Part shown: positions 40,386 to 49,011 of the stretch, one piece after another
How positions within the stretch are numbered: the first letter of the stretch is position 1
How the letters are laid out: every line of letters starts with the position of its first letter
Assembly (NCBI GenBank): GCA_008015565.1
Contig: SSFV01000009.1
Span: 2,916-66,915, forward strand
DNA: 64,000 nt
Direction of reading: 5' to 3'
Source: Nitrosomonas sp.
GTDB taxonomy: Bacteria; Pseudomonadota; Gammaproteobacteria; Burkholderiales; Nitrosomonadaceae
Program-made: the position numbers and the translations under genes
Notes under the pieces: generated by a model
The model's input: the letters and a program-made list of their open reading frames with translations, nothing else
Database searches by the model: none
What the model was told of the DNA's origin: nothing

Positions 40386-42422
40386 ATGTTTATTCTTATA
40401 AGGCATTGTTTATTTTTTGCATTGCTGTGCCTGGTTAGCGGGCCAGCATTTTCGGTCCCGATGCAAGTCCGGTTCAACGATGTCGAATACGATATGGTCG
40501 TGATCATTGATCCGATCAACCGGACGCTGGCAGGCAAAAGCACCATCACTGTCAAGCAACCGAGGGAATTGCAATTGATGCTTGGCGCTGCTTTTGAGGT
40601 GACGCAAGCAATATCCAATGACGGATCAATGGGAATTGGCCGTGAGGCATCGGACCAGCCGCATGTTTGGAATATACCCGTTCCTTTCAGGCAACAAGTA
40701 GAATTTGTGATTCATTGGCAAGGACCGTTGGCACCGTTGGATACTTCGTTGGACCATCAACAAACATTAGGCAGACCGATTGCGGTAAGCGGGGAGGGCG
40801 GAACCTTTTTGCCAGATGGATCGAATTGGTATCCGCGCGTGGTTGGCCATCTGGTGCGCTATAAAATCAATATCGAATTGCCAGCAGGCCAGAAGGGCCT
40901 GGTGGCGGGGAGATTGGTTGCAGAACAGGAATCACAACAAGGCTATCAGGCATCGTTTGAGTTTCTTAATCCTGCTGAAGGTATCGATTTGATGGCGGGA
41001 CCTTACGTGGTTGAAACGCAAATACATGAAGGTGCGAAGAATCGGCCAATCCAGTTACGCACGTATTTTCACCCGCAAATTAGTGATCTGTCGCGTGATT
41101 ATTTGGCTTCCGTGAAGCGCTACTTGGATAAATATGAATCCTGGATTGGCGAGTATCCCTATACTGAATTTAGCATTGTATCGAGTCCGACACCCACAGG
41201 ATTTGGTATGCCAACGCTGACATACCTGGGGATCGATGTACTCAAATTGCCATTTATTCGTGATACTTCGCTTGGTCATGAAATATTGCATAACTGGTGG
41301 GGGAACGGCGTCTATCCGGATTATCAGCATGGTAACTGGTCGGAAGGGCTGACTACTTTCATGGCCGATTATGCCTATAAAGAACAAGAGAGCGATGAGG
41401 CAGCGCGCGAGATGCGTCTGGGGTGGTTGCGCGATTTTGCCGCATTGCAATCTGGGCAGGATAGACCATTGACAAAATTTACATCGCGAACGCATGGGGC
41501 GTCAAAAATTGTTGGTTACAACAAAGCAGCTATGTTTTTCTTCATGCTGCGGGATCAGTTGGGAGAAGCGGTTTTTCAACGTGCGGTGCAAGGATTATGG
41601 AGTACCCGGCGGTTTAAAATTACTTCTTGGCAAGATATACAAAAAGTGTTTGAAATCATTTCCGGGCAGCATTTGGATACATTCTTTACGCAATGGTTGA
41701 ATCGCAGCGGTGCACCTTATATAGTCATCAACGAAGCGAAAAGCACAGTGACTGAATCAGGTTATCAATTAACTATTACGCTTAAGCAGAGTGAGCCTGT
41801 TTATGAGTTGCCTGTGCCAATTGCGATTGAAAGCGGACAAGGTACGCAAATTCACCGGCTTGATTTGCAAAAGGCGCAACAGAGCTTTACGCTGACATTA
41901 CCTGAAAGACCTTTGTCCGTTTCGTTGGACCCTGATTTACATCTGTTCCGGCAATTGGAATCGGGTGAGGTGCCGCCTATTTTACGAGAAGTGATGGTTA
42001 ATTCCGCGACGCAAACGGTTATATTGCCGCAACAAGTAGAAGTGCGAAAACTAGCTGAAATGCTTGCTAGTAGATTGCAGGATCGAGCACTGCAAATGAT
42101 TCCATTGGCTCAACAGCTATCCACTACGGCTCCGTTACTGGTCATCGGCCTCCAATCCGATGTCGACACATGGCTTGCAAATCAGCAATTGCCGGCCCGG
42201 CCTCATGAATTCAAGGGTAAAGGTAGCGCGCAAGCTTGGATCATAAGCCGTCCACAGGGTGGTTCGCTAGCGATCGTATCGGCTCAGGATGCGGCTGCGA
42301 TGGAAGCCTTGCTGCGTCCATTGCCGCATTACGGCAAGCAAAGCTATATCGTTTTTGAAGGCCGCCAGGTTGTTGAAAAAGGAATTTGGCCGATACAAAT
42401 GCTGAAGGTTTCCGTTAAGTGA
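40386..42422 (+). CDS. Exported M1-like zinc metallopeptidase
   Basis: Signal peptide; HEILHNWWGN...WSEGLT (HExxH-X17-E); GYNKAAM; YPYTEFSIV; LDPDLHLFR. Confidence 0.85.
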   Translation: MFILIRHCLFFALLCLVSGPAFSVPMQVRFNDVEYDMVVIIDPINRTLAGKSTITVKQPRELQLMLGAAFEVTQAISNDGSMGIGREASDQPHVWNIPVPFRQQVEFVIHWQGPLAPLDTSLDHQQTLGRPIAVSGEGGTFLPDGSNWYPRVVGHLVRYKINIELPAGQKGLVAGRLVAEQESQQGYQASFEFLNPAEGIDLMAGPYVVETQIHEGAKNRPIQLRTYFHPQISDLSRDYLASVKRYLDKYESWIGEYPYTEFSIVSSPTPTGFGMPTLTYLGIDVLKLPFIRDTSLGHEILHNWWGNGVYPDYQHGNWSEGLTTFMADYAYKEQESDEAAREMRLGWLRDFAALQSGQDRPLTKFTSRTHGASKIVGYNKAAMFFFMLRDQLGEAVFQRAVQGLWSTRRFKITSWQDIQKVFEIISGQHLDTFFTQWLNRSGAPYIVINEAKSTVTESGYQLTITLKQSEPVYELPVPIAIESGQGTQIHRLDLQKAQQSFTLTLPERPLSVSLDPDLHLFRQLESGEVPPILREVMVNSATQTVILPQQVEVRKLAEMLASRLQDRALQMIPLAQQLSTTAPLLVIGLQSDVDTWLANQQLPARPHEFKGKGSAQAWIISRPQGGSLAIVSAQDAAAMEALLRPLPHYGKQSYIVFEGRQVVEKGIWPIQMLKVSVK

Positions 42423-42533
42423 TTGTTGTGTGGAGTGTGATTGCTTGATATTTTGTTGTATTGTTTAGGTGGATGGTAAAGTGCCATTAACGGTTTTTTC
42501 ATTTACTGGATTACACTGAATAAAGTTTCCGCT

Positions 42534-42908
42534 ATGAAAAAAAGAATATTGATTATGTTTTTGATGATGTTGATGATTGCGATCTCGCTTCAAGGATGCG
42601 GGATAGCGCGGGAACATAGAATCCGTCAGGAAGTATTGGCTGACGCCAGCATGCCGGAAGAAATCCGTAGAGCAATCGATCAAAAGGAATTGATTGCTGG
42701 TATGACACGAGAGCAGGTAATCGCGTCTTGGGGACTTCCTTGCAAATGGTGTTTTGGGACACGTAAAAGTCCGGGTGGAGATACGTGGGAATATAATCTG
42801 TTTGGTTCAGATCTCTGGGTAACCGGATCCGATTTCATTGGTAGTGCCACGGCGATTTATTTGTACTTTGACAGGCATGGATTGCTTAAACACTGGTCCA
42901 ACAAATAA
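42534..42908 (+). CDS. Small lipoprotein with SmpA/OmlA-like motif
   Basis: Lipobox LQGC; GMTREQVIASWG.P, WEY, LYFD..G.L..W. Confidence 0.7.
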   Translation: MKKRILIMFLMMLMIAISLQGCGIAREHRIRQEVLADASMPEEIRRAIDQKELIAGMTREQVIASWGLPCKWCFGTRKSPGGDTWEYNLFGSDLWVTGSDFIGSATAIYLYFDRHGLLKHWSNK

Positions 42909-42923
42909 GGGTTCAACCGATAT

Positions 42924-44222
42924 TTAACTAGATTTACGTAATAGTTTCTTACTATCGTCTGATATAACGCTAATTGCTTTATTTCTTAATCGTGCTTTGG
43001 TGAAGAATTTATAAAAGGTTGGTTCATTGGCTTTTGCCAGTAATTTGAAAATTTCTTGTTGAGTCATACTGCGTTTTAATTGCAACAGTAAAGCGGTGAG
43101 CCCGGAAACATGCGCTGTAGCCAGAGAATTGCCTGATACGAAGTCATATGCCCCATCAGGTAACGTAGTTAATATGGCTTCACCCGGTGCAGATAGGACA
43201 AGGACGGGATCCTCATGACCGGGCTGCACAAATTTTTCACTGATGCTGCGAACGCCGATAACCCCGGGTTGCTGAGCAGGGAAGCCGGATTTCTCGTCAT
43301 GACTGTCAGCTTGCGAAGCCACGATGATAATTCCCTGTTGAATGGCCTTTTCGATTAATCTGGCTAAAAGGGGGTCGTAAGGTCCGGTTAAACTTAAATT
43401 AAGAATGTCGACTTTCTTTTCAATTGCTGTATTAATGGCTAAAGCTAGTGTAAAGCTATTACAAACTGCTTCCAGACTATTTGCTTTTACACTCCAGCAT
43501 GCTTTCAGTGAAACGACACGGCTATCCGGTGCAATGCCTACGATACCGTGCCCGTTATTTGGTTTTGCCGCAATCACACCGGCTATGGCAGTTCCATGGA
43601 TATCAACGGAATCAGCTGGTTTCTGCATGACAAAATCTTTGCTTTGATAGATTTGTCCTTTTAAATCAGGATGATTGATGTCTACTCCGGTATCGACAAT
43701 CGCAATGCTGATATTTTTGCCTGTAGATTGGCTGTGTATTTCGGCTAAGTTGATTGAATGTATATTAGTCTGTAGACGATAGTAAGGATCGTTATATGTA
43801 TCGGCCATCACTTTGAAGGTATTCATCGCCTGGACATTTCCGATTCTCTCGTCTTGTGACAGTGCAGTAATGATGTCAGTCAACGATTCTTCTTCATCTA
43901 CTAAATAAACAACACAATGTTCACCAATTTCTTTAATGGGCCATTGGGAAAGAATTTTTAGGTTGTAATCCGTTTCTATACTGGACGCAATTCTTTTACT
44001 CCAAGTAGAACTGCCGTAATCGCCCCGACGGCGATATATCTGATTAGTCATTCCAATTGGAACTTGGTTTATGTGATTGTCAGTGTAGGTTACTAAAATA
44101 ATACGTTCTGCGTGCCCGCTATCAAACACCTTGGGATCAACCGATAACTTTTCTTCCGCTTTGACAGGAAAGGCAGCAAACGTTATCAAGAGCAAAAAGA
44201 GGTAAGAGAAATGTGCTCTCAT
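42924..44222 (-). CDS. Exported S8 subtilisin-like serine peptidase
   Basis: IAIVDTG (Asp), IHGTAIAGVI (His), SGNSLATAHVSG (Ser), ILNLSLTGP. Signal peptide from ATG 44222. Confidence 0.88.
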   Translation of the reverse strand: MRAHFSYLFLLLITFAAFPVKAEEKLSVDPKVFDSGHAERIILVTYTDNHINQVPIGMTNQIYRRRGDYGSSTWSKRIASSIETDYNLKILSQWPIKEIGEHCVVYLVDEEESLTDIITALSQDERIGNVQAMNTFKVMADTYNDPYYRLQTNIHSINLAEIHSQSTGKNISIAIVDTGVDINHPDLKGQIYQSKDFVMQKPADSVDIHGTAIAGVIAAKPNNGHGIVGIAPDSRVVSLKACWSVKANSLEAVCNSFTLALAINTAIEKKVDILNLSLTGPYDPLLARLIEKAIQQGIIIVASQADSHDEKSGFPAQQPGVIGVRSISEKFVQPGHEDPVLVLSAPGEAILTTLPDGAYDFVSGNSLATAHVSGLTALLLQLKRSMTQQEIFKLLAKANEPTFYKFFTKARLRNKAISVISDDSKKLLRKSS

Positions 44223-44256
44223 TGAAAAGTGAAGTATTCGGTAATTAAATATCATT

Positions 44257-44967
44257 TTAATCAGCAGTGGATAGTCCGTGAGCCAGTTCTGCAAAAACTA
44301 CTATCTTGTTGTTACGCAAATTTGAGATAGCAGTCTTGACTTCCTGTAAACCGGTTTGTTCATTACCAATCTGAACTTCATAAACGCCATTTTGTAAAGG
44401 GCCTTTAATAATTTGACCCGATACGCTATGTAAAGCTGCAGATATTTGCTTTGGATTAGCGTGCTCGGAAAAAACGATACGAAGCATATTGTTTTTTTGT
44501 TCACCGTGAACAGGATTGGCAAGCGTTCTATATTCCCCTGTCAAATTAACTTGTTCGATCGTGGAGTTAGATAAAAAAGGCAACGCTAATAATACTAAGC
44601 TTGCAGCCAGCGCAGAAAATTGTATAGCACTCCAAAATTGCGGGGCAAAAAGTTTGCCTACATTTTTTGACTGAGCAGATTTGTCTTCCTGCGAATTGGA
44701 AAGAAACGGATGTTGATTCTCTATCCGTTTCTTCAATTGAGCGAAAGAAACTTGCGATACTTGTTGCAGTAGATCGGCTTGCTGCATTTTTGCAAGCAGC
44801 AATTGCTGTTGATTGAGCTCGAGTCTGCAGGCGATACAATGCCTAAGATGCGCTTTCACGATATCCTGCTCGTTAGGATCTAAAGAGTGATTGACATACC
44901 AAGGTAAAAGCTTCCAAATTTTTTGATGTTCGCTTTCGTTGCTTGTATTGATATTTGTGGATAACAT
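44257..44967 (-). CDS. Transmembrane anti-sigma factor, zf-HC2 type
   Basis: LLPWYVNHSL...HLRHCIAC zinc motif; single TM helix; periplasmic C-terminal domain; directly downstream of the ECF sigma. Confidence 0.87.
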   Translation of the reverse strand: MLSTNINTSNESEHQKIWKLLPWYVNHSLDPNEQDIVKAHLRHCIACRLELNQQQLLLAKMQQADLLQQVSQVSFAQLKKRIENQHPFLSNSQEDKSAQSKNVGKLFAPQFWSAIQFSALAASLVLLALPFLSNSTIEQVNLTGEYRTLANPVHGEQKNNMLRIVFSEHANPKQISAALHSVSGQIIKGPLQNGVYEVQIGNEQTGLQEVKTAISNLRNNKIVVFAELAHGLSTAD

Positions 44968-44971
44968 CTAA

Positions 44972-45583
44972 TTAACCTTTGCCATTATGTTCATGTAAAA
45001 ATTGCGCCAAAATTTTCCGTGCGTGAAACATTCTAGTTTTAACAGTATTCTCGGGACATTGCATGATTTCCGAGATTTCATTGTAATGCAGGCCTTGGAA
45101 GTATGTCATTTCTACAACAGCTCGCTGTTCAGTTGAAAGTTTGTTAAATGCTACGTGCAACCAATTGCTGACTTCCAATTCCGATACCCAGTTGGTGTTG
45201 CTGCTTGGAAAATAATCCAGGTTGTCGTCAAATTCATCCGAACGGTCTTCTCTTGTCGAATTTTGTTCGAAACTTTTAATTGATTTCAAATATGCAATAC
45301 CTAAAATCCATGTCGACGGGCGGCATACTTGGTTATAAGTAGAGGCTTTTTCCCAAACAACAAACATCACGTCATTTATAATTTCTTCAATGCAGTCATG
45401 ATGCCTAACTATATGAAATATAAATTGATAGAGACGATTATAATAGAGTTGATAAAGTTCTTCAAAAGCTTTGCCATCGCCTTCCGCCGTGTTAGCGATT
45501 AAACTTCGCTCTTTCTCGTGTTGTTGTTGAGAGCTAAAAAGATTTCGCATTTTCAGCCCTGCCGATTCATGATTTTGTTTCAT
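44972..45583 (-). CDS. ECF RNA polymerase sigma-70 factor
   Basis: AFEELYQLYYNRLY, region 2 STWILGIAY, region 4 LSTEQRAVV...GLHYNEISEIM.CPENTVKTRMFHAR. Confidence 0.93.
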   Translation of the reverse strand: MKQNHESAGLKMRNLFSSQQQHEKERSLIANTAEGDGKAFEELYQLYYNRLYQFIFHIVRHHDCIEEIINDVMFVVWEKASTYNQVCRPSTWILGIAYLKSIKSFEQNSTREDRSDEFDDNLDYFPSSNTNWVSELEVSNWLHVAFNKLSTEQRAVVEMTYFQGLHYNEISEIMQCPENTVKTRMFHARKILAQFLHEHNGKG

Positions 45584-45620
45584 AAAAAGCTAATGTATCC
45601 ATTTTTTCGTGTCTGCCTGT

Positions 45621-45648
45621 TTATTCCTGATAGGGAGAAAAAGGTTCA
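45621..45648 (-). promoter_or_regulatory. Candidate ECF autoregulatory promoter TGAACC-N16-GAATAA
   Basis: Coding strand TGAACCTTTTTCTCCCTATCAGGAATAA just upstream of the sigma ATG; a twin lies at 46628. Confidence 0.5.
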
Positions 45649-45670
45649 TAGTTTGGATAAAACTAAAGCA

Positions 45671-46393
45671 TTAAAATCCGACCGTAATGGAAAATAGCAC
45701 GCGATTGTCGACAATATGGGGATGAAATCCCCAGGGCTGATAGAGCTCTTCGTTTTTGTGTGCTGTCGCTGTATGAATGCCGTCATAGTAACGTACGTCG
45801 ACACCGATATGACGGGAAAGGTGAACGGTTAATCCCGAAGTCCAATAAAGATAGTTATATTGTAAAACTTGCTTTTGATTGTTATAACCCAACGTGCTTG
45901 AAAATTCGATAGATTGAGTAATCGGGTAACGGCCAGTGACTTCGAATCCGTATGCCATATGTTTTTGCTGGTAGCTATCCTCAGATACAAAGGCAATGGC
46001 TGTAATCAAATCCCGAAAATGGCTGTAGAAATAGAACTCATTGTAATCAGCATGTTGACCAAAAATTTTGCCATTATAAATATAGCGGGTTGCTTCGATA
46101 TTAAATCGCCAATCTTCGGACAGCTTGTAGGCATAACCTAAATATGGTCTGAATTCCAAGGTTGAGCGATTTTCGAATCCATGATCACCGAAGTTAACCG
46201 TTGATCCAAATGAACCAAAGTAAATGCCCGATTTAAATTCATAATCGATATTGGCTTGTGCTGCGGGCTTTTCATCACTTCTCGAGTAGCCTCGCCAGAA
46301 GTAATCCGTTGTGCCTGTCAAACTGCCGCGCAGCTCCGCATGACTAAGAAGCGGAAATGTAAAAATTAGTACGGCACACCAAAAAAATTTCAT
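45671..46393 (-). CDS. TorF-family / TIGR02001 putative outer-membrane protein
   Basis: Signal peptide from ATG 46393; TTDYFWRGYSRSDEKPAAQ..IDY, YxYxG..DYNEFY, C-terminal SITVGF. Confidence 0.82.
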   Translation of the reverse strand: MKFFWCAVLIFTFPLLSHAELRGSLTGTTDYFWRGYSRSDEKPAAQANIDYEFKSGIYFGSFGSTVNFGDHGFENRSTLEFRPYLGYAYKLSEDWRFNIEATRYIYNGKIFGQHADYNEFYFYSHFRDLITAIAFVSEDSYQQKHMAYGFEVTGRYPITQSIEFSSTLGYNNQKQVLQYNYLYWTSGLTVHLSRHIGVDVRYYDGIHTATAHKNEELYQPWGFHPHIVDNRVLFSITVGF

Positions 46394-46627
46394 GCTCCAG
46401 CAAGCACCGCATGGATTTGTTTCCCGCCAATACAAGTAATGAATAATCATTAATAAATTTTTACAGTAATGAGTAAAAATAGAGAGGTCATTGATAATTA
46501 ATAGGATTTATTTTTCTTGCTATATATATAATGTAGCTGTTCTAAAATTTTAATACCGGTATAAGAACAAAGTTTTTAATCAATTGCTAAAAAAATATAA
46601 TAACTATCAGTAGGACACTTTAACTGT

Positions 46628-46655
46628 TGAACCTTTTGTCATTCTGACAGAATTT
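46628..46655 (+). promoter_or_regulatory. Second candidate ECF promoter TGAACC-N16-GAATTT
   Basis: TGAACCTTTTGTCATTCTGACAGAATTT; shares TGAACCTTTT-N12-GAAT with the copy at 45648-45621. Confidence 0.45.
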
Positions 46656-46712
46656 ACTTGCAGCTATTTTGAAAATAGAAACACTAAAATTGCTTATAAA
46701 GGGGATATAGAA

Positions 46713-46808
46713 ATGAAGAAGTTATATGTCAAACTGCAGGTAAATGTTTATCTTGTTTCATCAGTTGTTAGGTTAGAATCAGAAAGTGGATTAGGCGGAA
46801 CGGGCTGA
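46713..46808 (+). CDS. Candidate 31-aa small ORF (MKKLYVKLQVNVYLVSSVVRLESESGLGGTG)
   Basis: AAGGGG RBS-like sequence before ATG 46713, downstream of the ECF-like promoter; no recognisable family. Confidence 0.25.
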   Translation: MKKLYVKLQVNVYLVSSVVRLESESGLGGTG

Positions 46809-46999
46809 GTGTAGTTGATAAAAATAACCATTGTCAACGTTGTGGGATTAATCGGTGAGGTTAAAATAATTTTATAGAAGCAATTTGTGTATCCATATTA
46901 CTCATTCTGATATGTGGCTTGGTGATTAAATCAATTGATTTTTGCGTCATAAAGTATATATTTTGATTATCGCTGAAATTTTCAGAGTGAATTGAAATC

Positions 47000-47782
47000 A
47001 TGGAAACCTACGATGCTTTAATTGCAACACTTGCTTTAATGATGGGAGTCTCCTGGGCCAGTGGCATCAATCTCTATGCTGCATTGTTTGTGTTGGGGTG
47101 GGGCGGAGCGGCAGGTCACATCGTTTTACCCGATGAGCTGACAGTATTGCAAGATCCATTGGTAATTGGCGCGGCTGCTATCATGTATTTGATAGAATTC
47201 TTTGTCGATAAGATACCGGGTATGGATTCATTATGGGATTCCATACATACCTTTATTCGCATCCCGGCAGGAGCGATGCTGGCAGCGGGGGCGGTAGGCG
47301 ATGTGACGCCAGCATTGGAGATTGCCGCCGGCGTTTTGGGTGGCGGTATCGCAGCGGCGAGTCATGCCACAAAAGCCGGAACGCGGTTGCTGATTAATAC
47401 ATCTCCTGAGCCCGTCACAAATTGGTCAGCATCTCTCAGTGGAGATCTGCTAGTGCTTTCCGGGCTATGGGCGGCGTTAAAATATCCTGAAATTTTTCTG
47501 GTGTTATTTATCGTTTTTATCGGGATTGCAATCTGGGTACTTCCAAAATTATGGCTTTTAATCAAAGGAATGATAGCGCGAATAGGCAGATTCTTCGGCA
47601 TTGCGCAAACTTATCCCAGTTCGATTCAGAATGCTCCGGTTGCTGATATCGCGGGTTTGAACGAAAATCCTCAAATAACGGCTCTCGAAAGATTGCAGCA
47701 ACTGCGTGATAAGGGAGTACTGACAGAACATGAGTTCGAACAGCAAAAAAACCAAATTTTGAAGAACAATCAGTCGCAATAA
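47000..47782 (+). CDS. DUF4126 membrane protein with C-terminal SHOCT-like domain
   Basis: WASGINLYA, EFFVDKIPG.DSLWDSIHTFIRIPAGA, NTSPEP..NW..S; C-terminal LERLQQLRDKGVLTEHEFEQQKNQIL. Confidence 0.85.
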   Translation: METYDALIATLALMMGVSWASGINLYAALFVLGWGGAAGHIVLPDELTVLQDPLVIGAAAIMYLIEFFVDKIPGMDSLWDSIHTFIRIPAGAMLAAGAVGDVTPALEIAAGVLGGGIAAASHATKAGTRLLINTSPEPVTNWSASLSGDLLVLSGLWAALKYPEIFLVLFIVFIGIAIWVLPKLWLLIKGMIARIGRFFGIAQTYPSSIQNAPVADIAGLNENPQITALERLQQLRDKGVLTEHEFEQQKNQILKNNQSQ

Positions 47783-47784
47783 AT

Positions 47785-48804
47785 TCAGGTTTTACTGGAT
47801 AACGTATCGAGTTTCTTCAAGATTGCGGTTTGTAATTTATCATTTACCCACGCTTCTCTGGGCATCGCCCAAAGTGTTGGTTGGGCAAAAGAATAGCACT
47901 GCAATGCGTTTTCTTCCGGCATGATAATGATTTCAGTATCCACTGTTTGGAAATCCTTTGCATGGAATTGATGATTTTCGGAAAAAGATTGAAATTGCGC
48001 ATTTAACCCTGATTTTTGTATCAAATCAAAGAACCAGTATGTGTTTTCTTCGCTCGCCATTGCATGAATACGGTCATTAATAAAATCTTTAAGTGGACGG
48101 CGGATTTCCGGATTAAGCACGTTATAGGCAACTTCATTCGCTAACATCATATTGTAGGTCCTTGTCCACTTACTCACATCGATCTGATGATTTTGCTTCC
48201 CGCTCGTGACAATAAGCTCAATTTTATTCAAATGTCGCAAAGGAGTTCTAAGCGGACCGGCAGGCACTAACAAGCCATTGCCCAGATTGTGTTCATTAAA
48301 ATCGACAATTGCTATCTCAACGTCGCGTTCGAGGCGATAATATTGCATGCCATCATTACATAGGATGATATTGCAGGCCGGATGCGCATCCAACAGCGCT
48401 TGGGCAACCGCAATCCGATCACTGCCAACCCAAACAGGACACGTTTGTTGATAATGATGGGCGAGCAAGAATATTTTTCCGCCGACCATATTGGGGCTGG
48501 TGCTCGGAGTTACCTCAGCAGGTGATCCTGGGTTATCAAAATTGCCACGAGTAATGATTCCCGGGTGATAGCCATTTCTGAGCAGGCAATTGATAAGCCA
48601 AAACATAAAAGGTGTTTTGCCGTCATCATCGATGCTGATACTGTCTATCACAATGACAGGAACTGTCAGTTTGACCGATGGGAAAATTTCTAACCAGTAG
48701 CATAGTTTTTTGATTGTTAAATAACAACCATAGATTACACTCAACGGCCACAGTAAAACATGAAGGGGCGTAATGCGGTGCCAGTAGAGCTCAGATAGTT
48801 TCAT
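47785..48804 (-). CDS. LpxK (tetraacyldisaccharide 4'-kinase)-like protein with degenerate catalytic motifs
   Basis: LpxK scaffold (LLWPLS.IYG, PVIVI...GKTP, RLERD.EI, GNG.L.PAGPLR) but motif substitutions throughout; see findings. Confidence 0.8.
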   Translation of the reverse strand: MKLSELYWHRITPLHVLLWPLSVIYGCYLTIKKLCYWLEIFPSVKLTVPVIVIDSISIDDDGKTPFMFWLINCLLRNGYHPGIITRGNFDNPGSPAEVTPSTSPNMVGGKIFLLAHHYQQTCPVWVGSDRIAVAQALLDAHPACNIILCNDGMQYYRLERDVEIAIVDFNEHNLGNGLLVPAGPLRTPLRHLNKIELIVTSGKQNHQIDVSKWTRTYNMMLANEVAYNVLNPEIRRPLKDFINDRIHAMASEENTYWFFDLIQKSGLNAQFQSFSENHQFHAKDFQTVDTEIIIMPEENALQCYSFAQPTLWAMPREAWVNDKLQTAILKKLDTLSSKT

Positions 48805-49011
48805 ATTTCACAGCTATTCAAGATATAGTTACAAGACTTTACACATTTTTTGGATCAAAGTCGCTTTTTCTCGCGTGAAAGTTGCCTATTTAAAATTTGA
48901 TTTATGTATCATCCGGTTGAATATTTTATATATTTCCATTAAAAGCAACTGGAATTGATGCCATCATTTAAATGCGAATTCGATTGTAATGGCAGTAAAA
49001 ATGAAAAAATT

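Noticed and set aside
46438-46451. Fur-box-like palindrome AATGA-ATAA-TCATT upstream of the TorF-like gene
   Set aside because: The spacer is 4 nt rather than the 3 nt of the Fur core, and the region is very AT-rich, so a chance match is likely.
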